A DNA stretch of 64,000 nucleotides, from the NCBI GenBank assembly GCA_951406725.2, contig OX597818.1, forward strand, positions 82,336,001-82,400,000. Reading direction: 5' to 3'. The position numbers and the translations under genes were made by a program. Positions 57,826-64,000 of the stretch are shown in pieces. The notes under the pieces were generated by a model, which was not told where the DNA came from, did no database searches, and worked only from the letters and a program-made list of their open reading frames with translations. How positions within the stretch are numbered: position 1 is the stretch's first letter; each line of letters starts with the position of its first letter. The stretch is from Octopus vulgaris (taxonomy: Eukaryota).

Positions 57826-57826
<1 letters not shown>

Positions 57827-58084
57827 CAGGCAGTGGCTCTCATGGCTTCTGATCTTAACTGATTGGAAGTGTTATCATGTACATTGTTTTGTCTTGGTAT
57901 AAAAGATGGGCTACAGCAAATATTCTGCTCAATACCACAGATTTGCTTGTCAGTTGCTTGACCTTAACCAGTTGAGCATGTCCCTTAGTGGCTGACGATA
58001 TGTGCATCTCTGATCACGAGCAGAAGTAGTGGGGGAGCATCATAGCCATGTGTTGAGAGGGATTCTTTGGGGTTTGAATAATCA

Positions 58085-58124
<40 letters not shown>

Positions 58125-58225
58125 TTGCCTGTGACCTTTATCAGACGGGTAGTCATGATGGGTATATTGGGCTTCGTATATTTTACCCCAGTGTCACGTT
58201 GATGGCATGAACTGCTCTCTCACTC
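57826..58225 (+). mobile_element. Interspersed repeat of unknown class embedded in (TAA)n
   Basis: Homologous to 4155-4883(-) and 6262-6515(-), and in part to the MITE at 23785-23950. Confidence 0.7.
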
Positions 58226-58256
<31 letters not shown>

Positions 58257-58264
58257 TTAAAAAA

Positions 58265-58386
<122 letters not shown>

Positions 58387-58642
58387 TAGTAATAATAATA
58401 ATGATAAGAGTAGGTAACGACGATGAGGTCATTGAAGATGGATGTTGACGATGATAATGATGACGATGAATGAATAATTATGTACGATGGCGACATTGAT
58501 AATCAAGACTTCAAAAATATGGTTCTGAGGAAAAAGACAAAAAAATGATAATGATGATGATGATGCTAGCAGTAGTAAAAGTAATAATAGTCATAAGAGT
58601 AGAAGTATTAATAATGGTAATGACAATTATGGAAGTAATGAC

Positions 58643-58722
<80 letters not shown>

Positions 58723-58723
<1 letters not shown>

Positions 58724-58933
58724 CTTTCCTACTAGAAGCACAAAGCTTCAAATTTAGATGAAGGGATTAAGTGGATTACATCGAGCCCAGTGCGTAACGG
58801 ATACTTATTTAATCGATCCCAGAGGATAAAGGGCAAAGTCAACCTCAGGGGGTTGAACTTACAATGTAGCGACGGATGAAATACGACGAAGAGTTTTGTA
58901 CAGCACGCTAACGATCCTGCCAGCTCGCCACCT
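58723..58933 (-). mobile_element. SINE family B monomer
   Basis: Homology to the other copies. Confidence 0.8.
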
Positions 58934-58959
58934 AAATAATAAAGATAAAATCTAAAATA

Positions 58960-58967
58960 ATAATAAT

Positions 58968-59011
<44 letters not shown>

Positions 59012-59243
59012 CAACAACGACAACAACGACGACGACGACAACGAAGACGACGACGACGACGATGACGACGACGACGACGACGATGACAACGACGACAACG
59101 ATGACGATGACGACGCCGACGATGACGATGATGACGATGACGATGATGACGATGACAATGACGATGATGATGATGATGACGACGACGACGACGGTGATGA
59201 TGACGACGATGACGATGACGATGACGATGATGACGACGACGAC

Positions 59244-59279
<36 letters not shown>

Positions 59280-59378
59280 GACGACGACGACGACGATGAT
59301 GATGCTGCTGGTGATGATGATGACGACGATGATGATGCTGATGATGATGATGATGACGACGATGATGATGATGATTAT
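58960..59378. repeat. Compound (TAA)n-(CAA)n-(GAC/GAT)n trinucleotide tract
   Basis: Direct. Confidence 0.95.
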
Positions 59379-59597
59379 GATCTTTTCTTGTCTAGGCACA
59401 AGGCCCAACATTTCGGGGGACGAGACTAATCGATTACATCAACCCCAGGGTTACACTGATACTTAATTTATCTACTTGGAAATGATGGAAGGCAAAGTTG
59501 ACCTCTGGAGAATTTGAGCTCAGAACATAAAAGACAGACGAAATACCGCTAGGCATTTCGCCCGGCGCGCTAAAGATTCTGCCTACTCGCCGCCTTA
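59379..59597 (-). mobile_element. SINE family B monomer
   Basis: Homology to the other copies. Confidence 0.85.
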
Positions 59598-59731
59598 ATA
59601 ATAATACTAATACTAATACTACTACTAATAATAATTATTGAACATTTCAAATGTAAAAATCAGAAAATCAGAAAAGGCGTAGAAATACAAAGAAACAAAT
59701 ATATACATAAATAACAGAGGATATATCTGGA

Positions 59732-59786
<55 letters not shown>

Positions 59787-60314
59787 ACTAACCCCTATAC
59801 GCTTCCTACACCACTCACATCTCTAAATCCAGAACTACTTACCTCCCTTACAAATAATCTTTTTTCTCAGGAACTGTTAGACCTGACACCGTGTATTAAC
59901 CGGTGTTGTTCAAACGATGAATACCTTTGCGTAACCATGGTCCGTTTTGTTGTCTTACTTTATTATCATCTTATAATCATCTCTTAATAATGACTTTTAT
60001 TTCTTTTATTACTACCTCAGTCAATCTAAATATATATATTTGTCTTTACCTGTCATAAAATCCTTCTTTTATTTGCAATGTGCATTTTCGTTGATTTTTC
60101 ATATTTTACACTTACATTTTCGCGTGTATTTTATATTTTCTTTTCGTAACATATTTCTACTATATATATATTATATATATATATAATTATATATATATAT
60201 ATATATATATATGCACATATATATATGCATATATATTTATATGTATATATATTCATACACACATACATATACGTATATATGTATACATATCTATCTATTT
60301 ATCTAACTATCTGT

Positions 60315-60363
<49 letters not shown>

Positions 60364-60367
60364 TATG

Positions 60368-61182
60368 CCTCAAACAATATCAGAGACCTGGGTGTAATTG
60401 TTGATGACGATCTCAGTTGGAGTGCACACATCAACAAGAAGGTCGATATAGCTCGTAGGATGAGTTCCTGGATCTTAAGAACTTTCCGGTCCAGAGAACA
60501 AGGTGTCATCATACCACTTTTTTCCTCCTTTGTACGGCCACACCTTGAATACTGCTGCCCACTGTGGTCTCCCCATACAAGACAAAACATCTCCAGAATT
60601 GAGTCACCCCAGAGGGCACTCACTAAACGAATTGAAGGCTTGGCTGCTCTCGATTATTGGGATCGCCTTAAAGCCTTGAAACTTTACTCCCTCCAGCGTC
60701 GCCGTGAGCGGTACATCATTTGTACGATGTGGCGAATATACCGCCAACTTTTCCCAAACGACCTTAACATTAGCTTCAAGGTTCATCCAAGACTGGGACC
60801 ACGGGCCATACGTCCCCTGCCCAATTCACGATCACAACATACATGTACACTGCAACATAATTTCTTTTCCTCAACAGGCCCTGCCCTATTTAACATTGTT
60901 CCGAGAGAGATCAAAGAAGAAAAGGATCCCATCAACTTTAAACGGAGTCTGGATAGATTCCTTCAAAGAATACCAGATAAACCACCCATAATTGGATACA
61001 ACTCACCCAACAAGAACTCACTGCTTGAACAAAACTTGATACAACTCCCCCAACAAGAACTCACTACTTGAACAAAACTTGACTTAAACAGGATTCGAAT
61101 AATCCTATCAGGTGGTGCTATTAAGTTAGACATGGCCTGGACCAATCTTTGGTCGAAACATATCTAAGTTTATCTAAGTTTA
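60368..61182 (+). mobile_element. Young 5'-truncated CR1-clade LINE in (TA)n
   Basis: Open frame [18 protein letters not shown]...FVRPHLEYCCPLWSPH...LYSLQRRRERY. A ~43-bp tandem duplication lies near the stop, and the tail is (tatctaagtt)x2. Confidence 0.93.
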
Positions 61183-61564
61183 TATATATATAATAATAAT
61201 AATATATATATATATATTTGTGCATATACATATATATATATATACGTATAAACATGCATACATGCATGCACACATACATACATCTAACTGGATATATATC
61301 TATGTATGTATATATACATGGATACGAGTACGTTCAAATATGAGTAATATGCGCATATACATGTGTGTATGTACATGGTCATGACTGCGTGTCTCAATGT
61401 GTGACTGCGAATCTGAGTTTTAGTCTGCCGACGCAATAATATTTCGAATAGATAAATTAAATTTTTGCTATTATTTTCCATCGGTATTTTCAAACACACA
61501 CACACACACACAAATACAGAGGTAAACACACACACATACACACGCACACACACACACACACACT

Positions 61565-61626
<62 letters not shown>

Positions 61627-62110
61627 ACTTACACGTTCTTTCATGTGCTAAATCTAAAGAAATTTCTTTTTATAACATAATGCATCGCAGTGGATGAAAA
61701 GTTACTTTTCAAGCCATGGCACGTATATTGGTAAAGCCTACATCGCTAATAGAAAAATAACAGGTAACAGAAACACATAGGTCTATGTAATCTAAGCTTT
61801 TAAGCGTATGTGTGTGTGTGTGACTGTGCATCTATTAGTCCTAGTATGTGTGTGATTAAGAGTTCGTTTTATGGATTTGTTTATTTATGCAATGTTGACG
61901 AATTAAAATCTGAATTGCTATGAAAAGTTGAGATAGAGGGTCCCCCCGCCAAAAAAAAAACCAGGAAGAAAAAGTCTAAAACCGGTACTAAAATGTTCTT
62001 CATGATAGAATTATTTTAGCATTTTCTACCTTATCCAATCAGTTAAGATCAGAAGCCATGAGAGCCACTGTCTGGTATTGCATCAGAGCATATTATTATT
62101 ATTAATGTTA

Positions 62111-62177
<67 letters not shown>

Positions 62178-62649
62178 CATGATCATTATTATTATGGTCA
62201 TTATTATTATTATTATTATTTTCATTATTATTATTATTTGATTATTATTATCATTATTACTATTATCTATAGATGTGAGAACGGAGAAGATGTTAAATGT
62301 CATAATCAGATCATTTAAGAAACATATAACGTGGCTCTCTTTGCATAAGTAGATGCACCTGTGTCTTTGGTTGAATTACTTTTTACCTATTCACGCAGTC
62401 ATTTAAGAACGTAAAGTATCTCTGGCGTCAGTGTCTGCCGTGTCACTATGTGTTTGTGTGTTTGCTTGTTCATTTGTGTGTGTGTGTGTGTGTGTGAGTG
62501 CATGTGTGTGTGTGTGTGTGTGCATGTGTGTGTGTGTGTCCGTCCTTGTGAGAGTTAATGTCGTACGTTTACCAGAGTATATAACCGACAAGGAGTACAG
62601 AGTCTCGCGAACATTTTCAGGACTGACGGTAGCTATTGTTGGAATGGTT

Positions 62650-62715
<66 letters not shown>

Positions 62716-64000
62716 AGACAACCATGTTTCTACGAACAAAATAATCAATCTTTTTAAAACTGTGAAATCGTTTAAAAAGCAAATAAAAAGCAAAACTGAA
62801 AACAATTCCTTCTTAAAAATTAGAAATAATAAGAGATGATTAAAGTTTAATACATCTATCCTTTTGAAACACTACAAATATAGGAAAAAACAACGACACT
62901 TGAAGATGAAGCAAGCGAACATTAATAATTCATTCCGTAGTCTACAATACTTTGAACATAGACCACCGTTAGCAATATCCAAGGCCGTATTTCTGGTTGT
63001 ACAAAGAAAATACGTGTTTCTTCCTTACGTATTAAATCTTAAATTTGAAAAAGAAAGAGATTAAGTACTCTGCATGCACTGATTTTAGTTCTTGAATCCT
63101 GGCGGGATGTGAACTCGGGGAATAAATCCTGGAATAACTAACTCTAGACATTTTGATTTTGTAGGAAGAATATAATACGATATCAATGGTATGATAATAA
63201 AGATAATTATGGTGATGATGATGATGACGACGACGACGATGATGAGAAGGAGGCAGAGGTGCAATATTCTAGAATATCGATGATGTCGGTAGTCGAGTTG
63301 AGGGTCATTTCCGATACCCTTTATTTTTTGGTAGATTTACGAATACTGTTGTTCTGATCTGTGGTTATTTGCAATTACGGTAATTTGTTTGTAGTATGAA
63401 TATTTGTGGTGTAAGTGATATCGCTCTTGACTGAACGGTAATGGTTTTGCTGGTGGGTTTGGTATGATAGTAATGCTGGTTTTAGTGCTGGCGATTGTAG
63501 TGGTCATCATGATGATAGTATTGTCGGTTGTTGTATTCAGATTTACATACAAATTAAGAAGAATACCGATGATGATGATGATGATGATGATGATGAAGGA
63601 GTGGGGATGGTGGTGGTGATAGTGGTCATGAGTGTGATAATAAAAACGATGGCCTTTTCCTTTATGTATTTTATCAAAAGAGCATCACTGAGGGAACTTT
63701 CAAAGATGGTGTACAAAACCATTCGTGACTTTACACTGTGTATGTAACACAAAACGCAGGAAGAAACATAAACGTAAAATAAGCTAAGAGTTTTCTTATG
63801 GACGAGAAAAGAACATCATAGGACCTGGATTACTTTGATGACTAATGACTATTGACAACTCCTACTTCTGATTGTTGAGTCAGCTTCATACTAATGCACC
63901 TTCGATATAACCGCTTATCTTTCAGCTCCACTTTTCTTTTCATGTGTTAATAGAAATCGTTATTTTGAAGGAAGTGGATAATTTCTGATTACATTCTTAC

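Noticed and set aside
59911-59949. caaacg-atga...gtaaccatggtc-cgttttg, a possible hammerhead relic
   Set aside because: It would need several changes in both core strands and has no stem II.

Overview
This is AT-rich, microsatellite-dense animal nuclear DNA, most likely from an octopod cephalopod. That assignment is inferred from a cephalopod-like mitochondrial 16S insertion and from abundant octopus-type tRNA-derived SINEs. Almost all ORFs in the supplied track are translations of simple repeats, and no host protein-coding gene can be called confidently. Recognisable content is mobile DNA: one 5'-truncated but stop-free Penelope-like element (RT + GIY-YIG), a decayed relative of it, CR1, RTE and Tx1-like LINE fragments, Tc1/mariner remnants, MITE-like inverted repeats, two SINE families and a NUMT. 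The main result is an RNA-level system. A young 362-bp tandem/inverted array at 35.9-38.0 kb carries a minimal type I hammerhead ribozyme in each complete unit, with a variant UUGAAAA core and a palindromic stem III. This is a candidate non-LTR retrozyme / circular-RNA locus. About six other hammerhead-bearing sequence types are scattered through the window, including one in the 3' region of the intact Penelope-like element. All ribozyme calls are by-eye folds and have not been tested computationally or biochemically.
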